The notes: a model not told the origin generated them from the letters alone. 64,000 nt of DNA from an uncultured Gammaproteobacteria bacterium (GCA_942490995.1 CALOBG010000005.1:8357-72356); one strand, 5' to 3'; shown: positions 29,349-39,989, numbered from the stretch's first letter. Made by a program: numbers and translations.

Positions 29349-30710
29349 TTACCAGAACAGGAAGCCACCGACGCTGAAGGTATCGGCTTCCGGACTGGTT
29401 GCGCCGACGGTGTTCACGTCCAATTCACCATGGTTGTACTCGGCGACCAGGCGCAGCCAGCTGCTGACGTCGTGGTACACGCCGACCGTCCACAGAGCTC
29501 GCTCAACCTTGTTGTTCAGCCCATTCAATCCCACACCGCCGGTCGTAACCGAGTCGAGGTTGCCTTCACCATAGGAGAGGCCGACCTTGGTTTTGCCCGA
29601 GAAGGTGTAGGTGCCCTGCACGTAGTAGCCATCACCATCACGCGCTTCGACCGTACCGAGTGCCGTGGTCTGGATACCCTGTCCATTGAACTGTGCGGTC
29701 AGACCGAGGCCCTGGTTGTCGTGGTAATAACCGACGACTTCAAAGTTCTGGTAGCCGAGTTTTGCACCCGCACCCCAAGCCGAAACGGTGATGTCACCAC
29801 AGTGTACGTTAGCGGTGGTTGAACCAAACGTAGCGAACGCGCCTTGGCAACTCGATTCGATATCCTGCCACAGGCCGTCGACCCAGAACTTCATGCTGCC
29901 GCCGCTGTAGCTGGTCGAGTAGCTGAGTTCGCCTTCGAAACGCGGCGTGTTGGTATCGTCGAGCAGGCCGCCCGCTTGCCCAGTGGCTGCGTTGATGGTA
30001 CCCGGGATGACGGTCGTGCCGATATTGGTAATGCCCGAAATATTGGACGGATCGAATACACCGATCGCGGCCTGGAAGCCGTTCACGTTCGGCGTCGTGT
30101 ACTGGAAGCGCGCCGCGAAATCCGGGTAGGTGTAACCATGACCGACGCGGCCGAACGTAACTGACCCGAAGGTGTCGCCGCCTGGCACGAAGCCGACGCC
30201 GAACAGGGTCATGTCGTTGAGGATGGCGTTGCGGCCATACAGTGACAACGTACGACCGAAGCTGACTTCGCCGAACGCGCCGCTCAGATTGGCAACAACT
30301 TCACGAGTATCGATCGTGGCACCGTTGATGCCGTTGATCGGACCGGTGTTGCCAGCCTGCGCTGAGAACTGGGTTTTTGCGCCGCCGGTGTGAATGGTCG
30401 GAGCAAAACTGATACGCGCGGTACCGGTAACCCCGTTCACGGTCGGTGACTTGACGTTAAAGCTGAAGAAAGCCGGCAGGTAGCCCGAGTGCACGCGCGA
30501 GCTGTCCTTGTCGGCACTTTCCGTCACGTATCCCGCGTCGTAGTTGCCGACCGTGTAGAAAGCGTTGACGTTACCGTCGAAGCTGACTTCCCAGCCATCG
30601 TTGCCGCCTACGACAACAACCGCACCAGCCGGTGCCGATAGACCTGCGCCAAAAGCAGCTGCGCTGACTGCTGCGGCTATCTTGGTCTTTGAAAATTGAT
30701 TCGCCATCAC
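29349..30710 (-). CDS. Outer-membrane general porin (Gram-negative porin family)
   Basis: Signal peptide (MANQFSKTKIAAAVSAAAFGAGLSAPAGA), amphipathic beta-strand periodicity rich in G/Y/T/N and a C-terminal ...GGFLFW aromatic terminus. A ribosome-binding site (AGGAGG) lies upstream. Confidence 0.75.
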   Translation of the reverse strand: MMANQFSKTKIAAAVSAAAFGAGLSAPAGAVVVVGGNDGWEVSFDGNVNAFYTVGNYDAGYVTESADKDSSRVHSGYLPAFFSFNVKSPTVNGVTGTARISFAPTIHTGGAKTQFSAQAGNTGPINGINGATIDTREVVANLSGAFGEVSFGRTLSLYGRNAILNDMTLFGVGFVPGGDTFGSVTFGRVGHGYTYPDFAARFQYTTPNVNGFQAAIGVFDPSNISGITNIGTTVIPGTINAATGQAGGLLDDTNTPRFEGELSYSTSYSGGSMKFWVDGLWQDIESSCQGAFATFGSTTANVHCGDITVSAWGAGAKLGYQNFEVVGYYHDNQGLGLTAQFNGQGIQTTALGTVEARDGDGYYVQGTYTFSGKTKVGLSYGEGNLDSVTTGGVGLNGLNNKVERALWTVGVYHDVSSWLRLVAEYNHGELDVNTVGATSPEADTFSVGGFLFW

Positions 30711-31014
30711 TTCCTCCTAAACTCTAAGGACTAAGGCTTAAAACGGAACCCTACACGCTTAAGCTTCTCGTTGGTTGACTCGTGGTGCCGGCATCCCCCT
30801 CTGTCGTCCTGCCGGGCCGTTTCCCTTGCGGGGCGGCTCTTTGGTCACCGTTGAGTATTGCAACCAAGCGCGATTCTAAACCAAAGATTGTCCCGTGCCA
30901 ACACTTTTGCAACAAAAAATATCCATTCAGGTCGGCGGTTTGCGGGCCATGTTGCCAAATTGCAACATCAACACGCCACATTGCGGGCACGCCCGCGCGC
31001 GGCCGCGCAGGCGT

Positions 31015-33395
31015 TCAGCCACCGCCTTTCTGGAAGGCGCGGTCAAAGCGGCGCATGAATTCGCTGCGTCGGGTTTCACTAAAGCCCTGAAAAACGAAGC
31101 GAATGTTGACATAGGGCAAGCGCAACAAAGCAATCCGGCGGATCAGTTCAGGTGACACATTAACTTCCAGCACGGCGCCGTCCTGCCATTCGACGCGGCT
31201 CTGCAGATCAATCTCGGCCCGCACCGCATCGCCGACCACGCGCGGGAAAATCCGGCGGAAATCGGCGTGGCTGATGCCCATTTCCCGGCGCTCGATGAGC
31301 GCCGTACCCGGTATCGTCACGCGCTCATCGGCCGCATGCCTCGGCCAGGGCGCGCTCAAGCGGTCCCAGATGCCGTGCGTAGTGGCGCCAGTGCGTCGTC
31401 GATGATGTATGACCGGGCTGCCGCACCTGCCACTGACTGGCGGTGATTACGGCGCGCGGGCTGCGATGGAAATCCAGGCAGGCCGGGTCCCACGGCAAGG
31501 CCCAGAAACTCGGTCAGCGCGCGGCTTCCCACTGCGAGGTCGGCAACCAGTTGTCGTAATCGACCTCCAGCAGGCGCAATGGCAGGGGCTCGCGCCAGTG
31601 TCCCATCAGCCGCGCGTAGCCGACCCAGGCCACACGCCAGGTCCTCGAGGTCGTAGGCATACGGATGGCTGCCGGCGAGATCGTGGCTGAAAATGGAAAA
31701 ACAGGTCGCCATCGGCTGGCGCCGACAATGGATCACGCGCGCGTTGCGGGAACAGCAGCGCGATGACGCCGAGGTAGAGAAAGTTGTAGGGCATCTTGTC
31801 GCTGACGCCGGCGCGCACCGCCACCCGCTAGCCGAGTTGCGCGAGGTACGCCGTCGCTAGCGGCGCGGGTCGCGCCTCGTTGCCGGCGCAGACAGCGCGG
31901 AAACGGCTTTGCTGCCGAGAGCGCTGCGCCAGGCCCTGCACATGCTCGGGGAAGAAGGTCAGCTCGCCGGCGCCATGAACGAGTGGATGGCTGGCCAACG
32001 ATCTGTTCGACCAGGCGAGGTCCCCGAGCGCGGCATGCCGACGATGAACACCGGCTGCTCGCTGCCGCTGCCCAGCCTCGCGGAAAGGCGCGAAGTACTC
32101 GCGCTCGAAGGCACCGCGATGAGCGTCTCGATGAAGCGCGCCTGGGCCGCGGCATCGAAACGTCGTCTCGCGCTCGACGCGGCATTGGCCGCCGTAAACG
32201 CCGCGAAGGCTGCGATCGTAGTCACCGTGCCGGTCGCGCAGATGTCCCAGCGCGTAGAACATCCACTTCGCAGGCGCGGCGCGGCACCGTCGCTGGCCAG
32301 CGCGGCGTCGATACGTGCGCGAGCGCGGCGCGCTCGCCGTGCGAGAGTTCGAGCTGCGGCGAGATTGCGATACGCGGCACGGCGAGGGCCGGAGCCTGCA
32401 AGTGCGCTTTCAAAATAGCTGCGCGCGGTGTCGGCGTCGCCATCCGCACTCGCGGCCAGGCCGAGGTTATTCAGGGTATCGGGGTCGCGCGGCGCAAGTT
32501 CGCGGGCCTGGTCAAAACTCGCGCGGGCCGCGGCGAGTTGATTCAGCGCGAGCCGGGCCAGACCGAGTCTGTTCAGCAGCTGCGGCGTCGGCGCGCCGCA
32601 CGCCACCGCCTGCGCCAGTGCCGCGGCAGCATCGTCTAGCGCTCCGGCCTGGCGACAGGCCTGTCCGAGCGCTTCCCACGCCGATGCGTCACCGGGCGCG
32701 CGCTCGAGCAGCTGTCGCAATTCGGCGATGGCCGCATCGAGCTTGCCCTGGGCCTGCAGGGCCAGGGCAAGGTTGTAACGCCCCTTGAGATCGTCGGGCC
32801 TCAGGCGCACCAGCTTGTGCAACAGTTGCGCGGCTTCGCCCGCCGCGCCGCGTTGGCGCAGGAGGTTGGCGAGGTTGTTCAGCGCATCAGGATAATCCGG
32901 GCGGGCTTTCAGTGCGCGGCGGTAATGTTTCTCCGCGCCGACGAAATCGCTGTTTACGCGCAGCGCGTTAGCGAGATTGAAATGCGCTTCGGCAAAACCC
33001 GGTTTCGCTTTGACTGCGCTCTCGAAGGCGGTGATGGCCTCCGTTCGCTGACCCATGTCGAGCAGGGCCATACCGAGATTATTGTTGTAATCGGGGTGCG
33101 TGGTATTGAGCGTCAGGGCGGCTCTGATCAGATCCGCCCCGGCGCGCGGATTACCGCTCTGGCAGCCGACCACGCCGAGCATATTGAGGGCGTCGGCGTG
33201 GCGCGGCGCCTGGCGCAGCACCTCGCGATAAAGGTGTTCCGCGCGTTGCAGGTCGCCATCGGCGTGGATACGGCAGGCGCTGTCGAACAGTTGATCGACG
33301 GCGGCTGTCGGCGACTGGGGGCGCGGCGACATACGCGGCTTCGAAGCTCGCGGTTCAGCCGCCGGCGACCGGCGGCCATAAGGCGAGCACGTCAT
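31015..33395 (-). pseudogene. TPR-repeat / sulfotransferase fusion protein, fragmented by at least five frameshifts
   Basis: The N-terminal 450 aa carry TPR repeats and end in the PAPS-binding PVFIVGMPRSGTS. The rest of the sulfotransferase domain continues across about five different frames: LVEQIV.., ASHPLVHGAGELTFFPEH, DKMPYNFLYLGVIALLFP, VIHCRRQPMATCFSIFSHDL..HPYAYDLEDL, and a C-terminal fragment at 31015-31359. Confidence 0.6.
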
Positions 33396-33624
33396 TTTCC
33401 TTGAGCAACGGTTGATCGCGCTGTTCGGGGACGATGTACACGCCGTTGACCAGGATCAGGTGTGCGGACGCGCGCGGCACACGATAGCGATCGATCACAT
33501 CGTGCACCGAACTGCCGGCAGGGATCTCGATTTCAACGATATTGCGCTCGGCGTCTGCCGGCAGGTACTGCGCCAACGAGGCGTACATCTTGAACGTAAT
33601 TTTCACGCTGGCTGGTGTGCCCAC
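33355..33624 (-). CDS. aorD: MoaD/ThiS-like ubiquitin-fold protein ending in Gly-Gly (AorD-like)
   Basis: 89 aa with a C-terminal ...PPVAGG. It lies immediately downstream of aorC. Confidence 0.5.
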   Translation of the reverse strand: MGTPASVKITFKMYASLAQYLPADAERNIVEIEIPAGSSVHDVIDRYRVPRASAHLILVNGVYIVPEQRDQPLLKENDVLALWPPVAGG

Positions 33625-33651
33625 GTGCCGCTCGGACCGCGGGCCGAACGG

Positions 33652-34920
33652 CTACTTCATGATGCCGGCATTGAATCCAACTGCCTGGGTCGAGGCCAGG
33701 TAGGCTTCCATGATCCGGGTCGGATCCTCGAGCAGTTTTTTCTTCCAGCCGTGCAGTCGTGTTTTGGTCTGGATGAGACCGCGCAGAACCCCGACATGCT
33801 GGGTCAGCCCGAGACTCGTCGCGCCGACCATCACGTCGTCGGTAAACTGCAGGTTCAGGTAACGGAACCGATCGCGATTGAGCAGCTGGCAGGAATCGCC
33901 GCCGTCGGCCCCCATCCACAGCCCGAAAGAACTCGAGATCAGGCCGAGGGTATCGAGTACGTTCATGTTCACGCAGCCGCGATGAACGGCGCCCTTCAGC
34001 CCGGCCATATTGCGCGCCGCGAGTTGCCCGTGGTCAACGGCGGTCGGCTGGATGGCCTGCACGGAATACTCTCCGGTCGAGAAATCGATACCCTGCGCGA
34101 CGTCGCCGGCGGCGAAGATGTTGGGATCATTGGTGCGCATGGTACGGTCGACGAGGATACCCTGATCGGTTTCGATGCCGCTGCCTTTGACCACGCCGAT
34201 ATTGGCCCGCACACCAGTCGCGGACACCACCATATCGGCATCGATGCTTTCGCCGGAATTCAGCTTGACGCGCAGGTCCTTGCCGTTCTTTTCGATCGCG
34301 GTGACCTTGGCCGAGGTATGCACTTTGACGCCACGTCCTTCGCACCAGTCCTTGATCAGACCGCCCGCGGTGTCGTCCATCATTCGCGGCACCATGCGAT
34401 CTTCCATTTCGACGACCGTCAGCTTGGCGCCGCTTTTGGCCAGCGCCTCGAGAATGATGCAGCCAATGAAGCCAGCGCCCATCAGCACCACCCGCGCGCC
34501 GCTTTTCGCGGTCTGCGCGATGTGGCGGGCATCGGCGAGGGTCCAGCATGAGGTGACGCCGGGCAGATCGATGCCGTCGATCGGCGGCGATACCGGCGTT
34601 GAGCCGGTCGCAATCAGGAGCCTGTCATAAGGCACCTTGTTGCCGCCTTCGAGTTCGAGCTGTCCCGCCTTGCGATCGATTGACGCCACCCGCCCCTGCA
34701 CGATATCGATGCCCTTGTCCTTGAAGTGACCGGCTCCCTTGCGCAGGTGGGTACCTTCTTCGCTGATTTGCTTGATCAGGAAATAAGGTATCGCCATACG
34801 CGAATAAGGTGGTTCGGGCTCATCACCGATGAGGGTCACGACGGCATCGCTCTGGAGCTTGCGCAGGGCCTCCGCCGCGACGACGCCGGCCGGTCCCGCC
34901 CCTATGACTACGTGTTGCAT
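33652..34920 (-). CDS. aorC: FAD-dependent pyridine nucleotide-disulfide oxidoreductase (AorC-like NAD(P)-linked subunit)
   Basis: Two Rossmann dinucleotide motifs (VVIGAGPAG and VVLMGAGFIG) and GD.A at the FAD C-terminal site. It sits directly downstream of aorB. Confidence 0.75.
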   Translation of the reverse strand: MQHVVIGAGPAGVVAAEALRKLQSDAVVTLIGDEPEPPYSRMAIPYFLIKQISEEGTHLRKGAGHFKDKGIDIVQGRVASIDRKAGQLELEGGNKVPYDRLLIATGSTPVSPPIDGIDLPGVTSCWTLADARHIAQTAKSGARVVLMGAGFIGCIILEALAKSGAKLTVVEMEDRMVPRMMDDTAGGLIKDWCEGRGVKVHTSAKVTAIEKNGKDLRVKLNSGESIDADMVVSATGVRANIGVVKGSGIETDQGILVDRTMRTNDPNIFAAGDVAQGIDFSTGEYSVQAIQPTAVDHGQLAARNMAGLKGAVHRGCVNMNVLDTLGLISSSFGLWMGADGGDSCQLLNRDRFRYLNLQFTDDVMVGATSLGLTQHVGVLRGLIQTKTRLHGWKKKLLEDPTRIMEAYLASTQAVGFNAGIMK

Positions 34921-34965
34921 GTATCAGGTTCTCCGCTGTCGCTTAACAAACGCCGCTTCGGGATC

Positions 34966-36816
34966 TCAAACGCCGAGACGTTCGAGGGTGGCCGCTGTGG
35001 GTACCCCGTCGGCATTCCAGCCGCGGCTTTCGTAGTACTGCGGCAACATTTCGTCGAGTCGATTGACCATGCCTTTCGCAGGCCCGGTTTTGGCGGCGTC
35101 CTTGAGCAGACGCTTGGGCAGGGTATCGTCGGCCTTGGTCAGACCGGCATCGAGATTGAACTGGCGTTCGAGATTCCAGATCCGTTCGCCAGCCTCAAGC
35201 ATCGATTCCGGCGTCCAGCCGCCTTCGCAAGCGGTATCGACCTGTGGCGCGATGTCTTCGAGCGTCCAGGCGAACGTCGTGAAGACGCACAGTCCGGTCG
35301 AATCGACTGCCGCGGTGGCATCCTGAAAGGCCTTGACCAGTTCCGGCTTGCCTTCGGTCGAAAGCGGGTCGGTTTTCACCGGCACACCCATGATTTCTGA
35401 AGACACCGTGTATCCGCGCAGGTGGCAGGCACCGCGATTAGAGGTCGCGTAAGCCAGCCCCATGCCCTGAATACCGCGCGGATCGTAGGCCGGAAATTCC
35501 TGCCCTTTGACCGTCATCGACAGATCCGGGTGGCCGTATTTTTCGCACAGCCGTTTTGAACCGAGGCCCAGATCCTTACCGAAACCTTCGCCCGTTGAGA
35601 CCAGTTCAGCAGCCCGCGTCAACGCTTCCGCCGAGCCGAAGGTCATTTCTATACCGCCGGTTTCCTTGGTCGTGATGGCGCCGAGGTCGAACAATTCCAT
35701 CGCCGCGGCAACGGTCGCGCCGAACGAAATCGGGTCGTAACCGTCTTCGTTGCACAGAAAATTCGCATAAGTCAGCGCATCGAGATCGTCAACCCCGGTG
35801 TCGGAGCCCAGCGCCCACGCGGCCTCGTACTCGAGACCGCCGGAGGCGCCGATATATTCGGGCTTGTTCTGGATCGTGTAATGCTGCGGATCGATGGTGG
35901 AGATACGTCCGCAGGCGATGGTGCAGCCGAAACAGGCGGCATTGGTCACCAGGTTGGGTTTGCCGTCGCTTTCACGTGGCTCGTGCATGGCCTCGGCGGA
36001 TATCTTGTGCGCCCCTTCGAACTGCACTTCGCGCATATTCCGGGTTGGCATCGCGCCGACTTCGTTGATGACATTCATCAGCACCTGGGTGCCCATGGCG
36101 GGCAAGCCCTCGCCGGTGACCGCGTTGTCTTTCAGGGCTTTTTTTGCCTCGGCGGTCGCTTTGAAAAAACCTTTCGGATCGCGCACGTTGCCGACGCCCT
36201 TGGTGCCGCGGACAACCACAGCCTTGAGGTTTTTCGATGCCATCACCGTACCGACACCAGAGCGCCCGGCGGCACGATGACGATCGTTGACGACGCCCGC
36301 GTACAGGCAACCCTGCTCGGCGGAGCGACCGACCGCGGAAATGCGGATCAGGGGATCCTGGTACTTGGCGTGCAGCATTTCATCTGCTTCCCACACCGAT
36401 TTACCCCACAGATCGTCGGCCGCAACCAGTTCCGCGTCGTCATTCTCGAGATACAGGTACACCGGTTTCGGCGACTTGCCTTCGAAAATGATCATGTCCC
36501 AGCCGGCCTGCTTGATTTCGGCGCCGATGAACCCGCCCGAGTTGGAGCACGCCACCGCACCGGTCAGCGGACTTTTGGTGATCACGGAATAGCGGCCACC
36601 GGTCGAAGCCATGGTGCCGGTCAGCGGTCCGGTCGCCATGATCAGCTTGTTGCCCGGCGACAGGGCGTCGACCTTGGGGTCGATTTCCTCGACCAGGTAT
36701 TTGGTTGCGAGTCCGCGCTGGCCGATGTATTTCATCGCCCAGTCCATGTTCAGCGGCTCCTCGGCGCACGTACCCTTGCTCAGGTCGACACGAAGAATTC
36801 TGCGTTGCCATGCCAT
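34966..36816 (-). CDS. aorB: Tungsten-containing aldehyde:ferredoxin oxidoreductase catalytic subunit (AOR family, bacterial AorB type)
   Basis: 616 aa with the AOR N-terminal domain (MAWQRRILRVDLSKG...GGRGL) and the tungstopterin-binding central and C-terminal domains (cysteine ligands ..CFGCTIACG.., DTGLCVF). A ribosome-binding site (GGAGG) lies upstream. Confidence 0.85.
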   Translation of the reverse strand: MAWQRRILRVDLSKGTCAEEPLNMDWAMKYIGQRGLATKYLVEEIDPKVDALSPGNKLIMATGPLTGTMASTGGRYSVITKSPLTGAVACSNSGGFIGAEIKQAGWDMIIFEGKSPKPVYLYLENDDAELVAADDLWGKSVWEADEMLHAKYQDPLIRISAVGRSAEQGCLYAGVVNDRHRAAGRSGVGTVMASKNLKAVVVRGTKGVGNVRDPKGFFKATAEAKKALKDNAVTGEGLPAMGTQVLMNVINEVGAMPTRNMREVQFEGAHKISAEAMHEPRESDGKPNLVTNAACFGCTIACGRISTIDPQHYTIQNKPEYIGASGGLEYEAAWALGSDTGVDDLDALTYANFLCNEDGYDPISFGATVAAAMELFDLGAITTKETGGIEMTFGSAEALTRAAELVSTGEGFGKDLGLGSKRLCEKYGHPDLSMTVKGQEFPAYDPRGIQGMGLAYATSNRGACHLRGYTVSSEIMGVPVKTDPLSTEGKPELVKAFQDATAAVDSTGLCVFTTFAWTLEDIAPQVDTACEGGWTPESMLEAGERIWNLERQFNLDAGLTKADDTLPKRLLKDAAKTGPAKGMVNRLDEMLPQYYESRGWNADGVPTAATLERLGV

Positions 36817-36843
36817 CTTGGTTGCCTCCAGATCCTGTCAGTG

Positions 36844-37311
36844 TCAGCTTTTCGGAACTGATTGCGCGGCGTGGGCGCGCATCCGTTCGAGACCGGTATG
36901 GTCCGCGTCGACATAGGTGATCGCGTCGGTCGGACAGGCTTCGGCACAGGCCGGTTCGCCGCCGCACAAGTCGCATTTGATGACCTTACCGCTGTCGGCG
37001 TTGTAGTTCACCGTGCCGAACGGGCAGGCGATGGTGCACACCTTACAGCCGACACAGATGTCCTCGATGACCTCTTTGGCGCCGGTCGCCTCATTGATAA
37101 CGATGGCCTCGACCGGACAGGCATGCAGACACCAGGCTTCGGCGCACTGCGAGCAGGTGTAGGGGGCAAATCGCCCTTCGTCGTGGAACGTGAACACCTT
37201 GATACGAGACTTCGAGGGATTAAAAATACCCTCCTGCTCGTACGAGCAGGCCATTTCGCATTGCAGGCAGCCGGTGCACTTTTCTGGCTCAAGTTGCAGG
37301 GCTTTCAGCAT
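36844..37311 (-). CDS. aorA: Four-cluster [4Fe-4S] ferredoxin-like electron-transfer subunit (AorA-like)
   Basis: Four CxxCxxCxxxCP-type motifs in 155 aa (CTGCLQCEMAC, CSQCAEAWCLHACP, CVGCKVCTIACP, CDLCGGEPACAEACP). A ribosome-binding site (GGAGGA) lies upstream. Confidence 0.8.
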   Translation of the reverse strand: MLKALQLEPEKCTGCLQCEMACSYEQEGIFNPSKSRIKVFTFHDEGRFAPYTCSQCAEAWCLHACPVEAIVINEATGAKEVIEDICVGCKVCTIACPFGTVNYNADSGKVIKCDLCGGEPACAEACPTDAITYVDADHTGLERMRAHAAQSVPKS

Positions 37312-37783
37312 AGAGTCTCTCCTCCATAACGGCACGCGGTTGCGGCCTCGATGTATCCGATTGCACGTATTCCACGCATTTCATGCGCACCCGCCGGTGG
37401 TCGGGCCCGGCGTCTGTTCGCACCGCAATCCCGGCAATCGCTGCACACACACGGTGCTCTGGTCGATGCCGTCGAACTCGCGCGAATTCCGCGCCGTGAT
37501 CGCCTAAAATGCGGTCTTCGGCGCGCTGGAATTGGTACCCGCAGACTAACCAGAAAACCTCGAAAAAACCAGTGGGGTCGGTGCGCAGACTTCACGCCGG
37601 TGCGAAACGAGCGCGACACGCCACGGCTTTCGCGCCCGACCTGTCGAGGGTCGAGCGACGGGATTGCTGGCAAGCCGGCAGCGGCCGGACGTCACTACCG
37701 GACCGGTCAATGAACAAATCGCAGCGCCCGGGCTCTAAGTGGGAGCGATGAGGCCCCGCATCATCAAAAGGAACACCGCCCCT

Positions 37784-38617
37784 ATGTCCTGTCGTTTGCC
37801 GGCCAGCCGTCGGATCCGCCGCGCCGCCGAATTGTGCGCATTGTTCACCCTGGTCCTGCTCGTGGCGGCACCCAGCACTGCCGCCCCGTTACTGGAGGTC
37901 CAGATTGCGTTTATCGGTGACGGCGCCGATGCGCGCGACGGCGCCGGCCAGGGCATCGACGAAGCCAATGCCCAGGGTCGCTTTCTTGGCCAGCACTACA
38001 CCCTCGTGACAGTCACCGGAGCGGACGACCTGTCGGGTATCAACGCGACCGCGGTGATCGCCGATATCTCCGCGCTGCGCGTGCTCAAACTCGCCGAAGC
38101 ACATCGCCAACTGCCGATCCTGAACGTCAGCAGTGGTGACGACGAACTGCGCCAGGCCTGCGAACCGAACCTGTTCCATACCATTCCCAGCTTCGCCATG
38201 CGCGAAGACGCAGTGCAGCAATGGCTGCGTCAGAACCCGGCCTCGCCGGCTACTGCCGAGGCCTGGCACCCGGCGTTCAAAAAGTACGCCGCGGCCCAGT
38301 TGAACAAGCGTTACCGTGCCCGCTATGAACGCGCCATGACCGACACGGCGTGGGCGGCGTGGGCCGCCGTCAAGCTGATTTCGGATACCGTGGCGCGGGT
38401 CGGCAGCGCCGATTCCGAGGTCGTCATGGCCTCGATCAAATCCGACCTCGCCTTCGACGGCCAGAAAGGCGTCGATATGAGTTTCCGCAACACCGGCCAG
38501 CTGCGCCAGCCGCTGCTGCTCGTCGAAGGCGGCAAAATCGTCGCTGAAGCGCCGGTCCGCGGCATCGTCGCCGCCGACAATCTCGACAGTCTCGGCCTCG
38601 CCGATTGCCTGAAATGA
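37784..38617 (+). CDS. Periplasmic ABC-transporter substrate-binding protein of the quinoprotein-dehydrogenase-associated (PedA1/MoxJ-like) type
   Basis: Signal peptide, type-I PBP-like fold, and immediate pairing with a YVTN beta-propeller gene. This pairing is characteristic of the PQQ-ADH / lanthanide-associated SBP plus propeller pair. Confidence 0.55.
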   Translation: MSCRLPASRRIRRAAELCALFTLVLLVAAPSTAAPLLEVQIAFIGDGADARDGAGQGIDEANAQGRFLGQHYTLVTVTGADDLSGINATAVIADISALRVLKLAEAHRQLPILNVSSGDDELRQACEPNLFHTIPSFAMREDAVQQWLRQNPASPATAEAWHPAFKKYAAAQLNKRYRARYERAMTDTAWAAWAAVKLISDTVARVGSADSEVVMASIKSDLAFDGQKGVDMSFRNTGQLRQPLLLVEGGKIVAEAPVRGIVAADNLDSLGLADCLK

Positions 38618-38637
38618 ACCCCGAACTGCCACACTGG

Positions 38638-39595
38638 ATGATGAAATCTATGCGAATTCTTTTGCCCGCCCTTCTGCTCCTGGTCAGTCTGCCGCTCGGT
38701 GCCGCCACCGGGCGCATTTTTGTCTCCAACGAACGCAGCGACTCGCTCAGCGTGATCGACAGCGCGACGAATACCGTGATCGCAACGATCAAGGTCGGCA
38801 AACGCCCGCGCGGCGTTGGCCTGGCGCCCGACGGCAGCGAAGTTTACGTCGCGGTCAGCGGAGACAATGCCATTGCCGTGGTCGATCCGCAGACGATGAA
38901 GGTCCTGCGCACATTTTCCAGCGGCGACGACCCGGAAGCGTTCGCGGTCCATCCGAACGGCAATCATCTACATCTCCAACGAAGAAGACGCCAAGGCCTC
39001 GGTGTTCAATCCGCGCACGGGTGAAAAACTTGCCGAAATCGAAGTCGGCATCGAACCCGAAGGTGTGGCGGTGTCGCCGGATGGCAAGCGCGCCATCGTG
39101 ACCAGCGAATCGACCAATATGCTGCACGTAATCGCCATTCCCGAGCATGTCATCGAAACCAATATCCTGGTCGGGGCGCGACCGCGCGCAGCGACGTTCA
39201 GTACCGACAGCAAGACCGCCTACGCGACCTCCGAGATCAGCGGTGAAGTCAAGAAAATCGATATCGCCAGCGGAACCATCATCGGCAAGGTACCGCTCGG
39301 CGACGACAAGGCGAAACCCAAGGACGTACTCGTCTCACGCGATGGCAAGCGCCTGTTCGTAGCCGGCGGCCGCGCCAACCGGGTGTTTGTTCTCGACGCC
39401 AACAGCCTGGAAATTCTCAAGGCCATCCCGGTCGGCAAACGGGTCTGGGGCCTAGCCCTCAGCCGCGACGGCAAACGCCTTTACAGCACCGATGGTGTCG
39501 ACCATCAGGTTTCCGTCATCGACACCGAGAGTAATACGGTGGTAACCACCGTTCCGGTGGGAAAGTTTCCGTGGGGTATAGCCATCGACGACTAG
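38638..39595 (+). pseudogene. YVTN-family beta-propeller repeat protein (PedA2-like), with one frameshift
   Basis: Signal peptide MMKSMRILLPALLLLVSLPLGAATG, then repeated ..VSPDG.R.YV.. blades. The frame changes at about 38962 (...FAVHPNGN | IYISNEEDAKASVFNPRTGEK...). The TAG stop lies inside the CTAG at the edge of repeat locus E. Confidence 0.6.
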
Positions 39596-39988
39596 CAGCT
39601 GCAGGCTGGTGAAAAACTACTGCGATACCGTGGGCGGCGTTGTGCACTCGCCTGCGGTCCTCATTTACGCCAGTAAACTCCGGTCCTTGTCTCGCGCACG
39701 CCTTGCCCACGGTATTCCTCGCTACGTTTTTGACCAGCCTGCCCGAGCTGGTGAAAAACTACTGCGGATACCGTGGGCGGCGTTGCGCGCTCGGCAGCCA
39801 GCCTCATTTACACCAGTAAACTCCGGTCCTCGTCTTCGCGCGCGCCTTGCATACCGCACTCCCGGCTCACGCTTTGCGCCAACCTCCGCGATTGGTGAAA
39901 AACTACTGCGGATACCGTGGGCGGCGTTGCGCGCTCGGCAGCCAGCCTCATTTACTTCAGTAAACTCCGATCCTCGTCTTCGCGCGCG
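39592..39988. repeat. Locus E of the MITE-like repeat family: about 2.7 tandem units in forward orientation, the last one truncated
   Basis: It starts at a CTAG that contains the YVTN stop codon. Three GGTGAAAAACTACTGCGGATACCGTGGGCGGCGTTG... cores are present. The last is degenerate and abuts the TonB-dependent receptor stop. Confidence 0.85.
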
Positions 39989-39989
39989 G

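Noticed and set aside
37312-37783. A sigma-54 promoter for the aor operon in the 470-bp leader
   Set aside because: No GG-N10-GC element with acceptable flanks was found on the relevant strand by inspection. The only good sigma-54-like match in the window is upstream of pqqA2.
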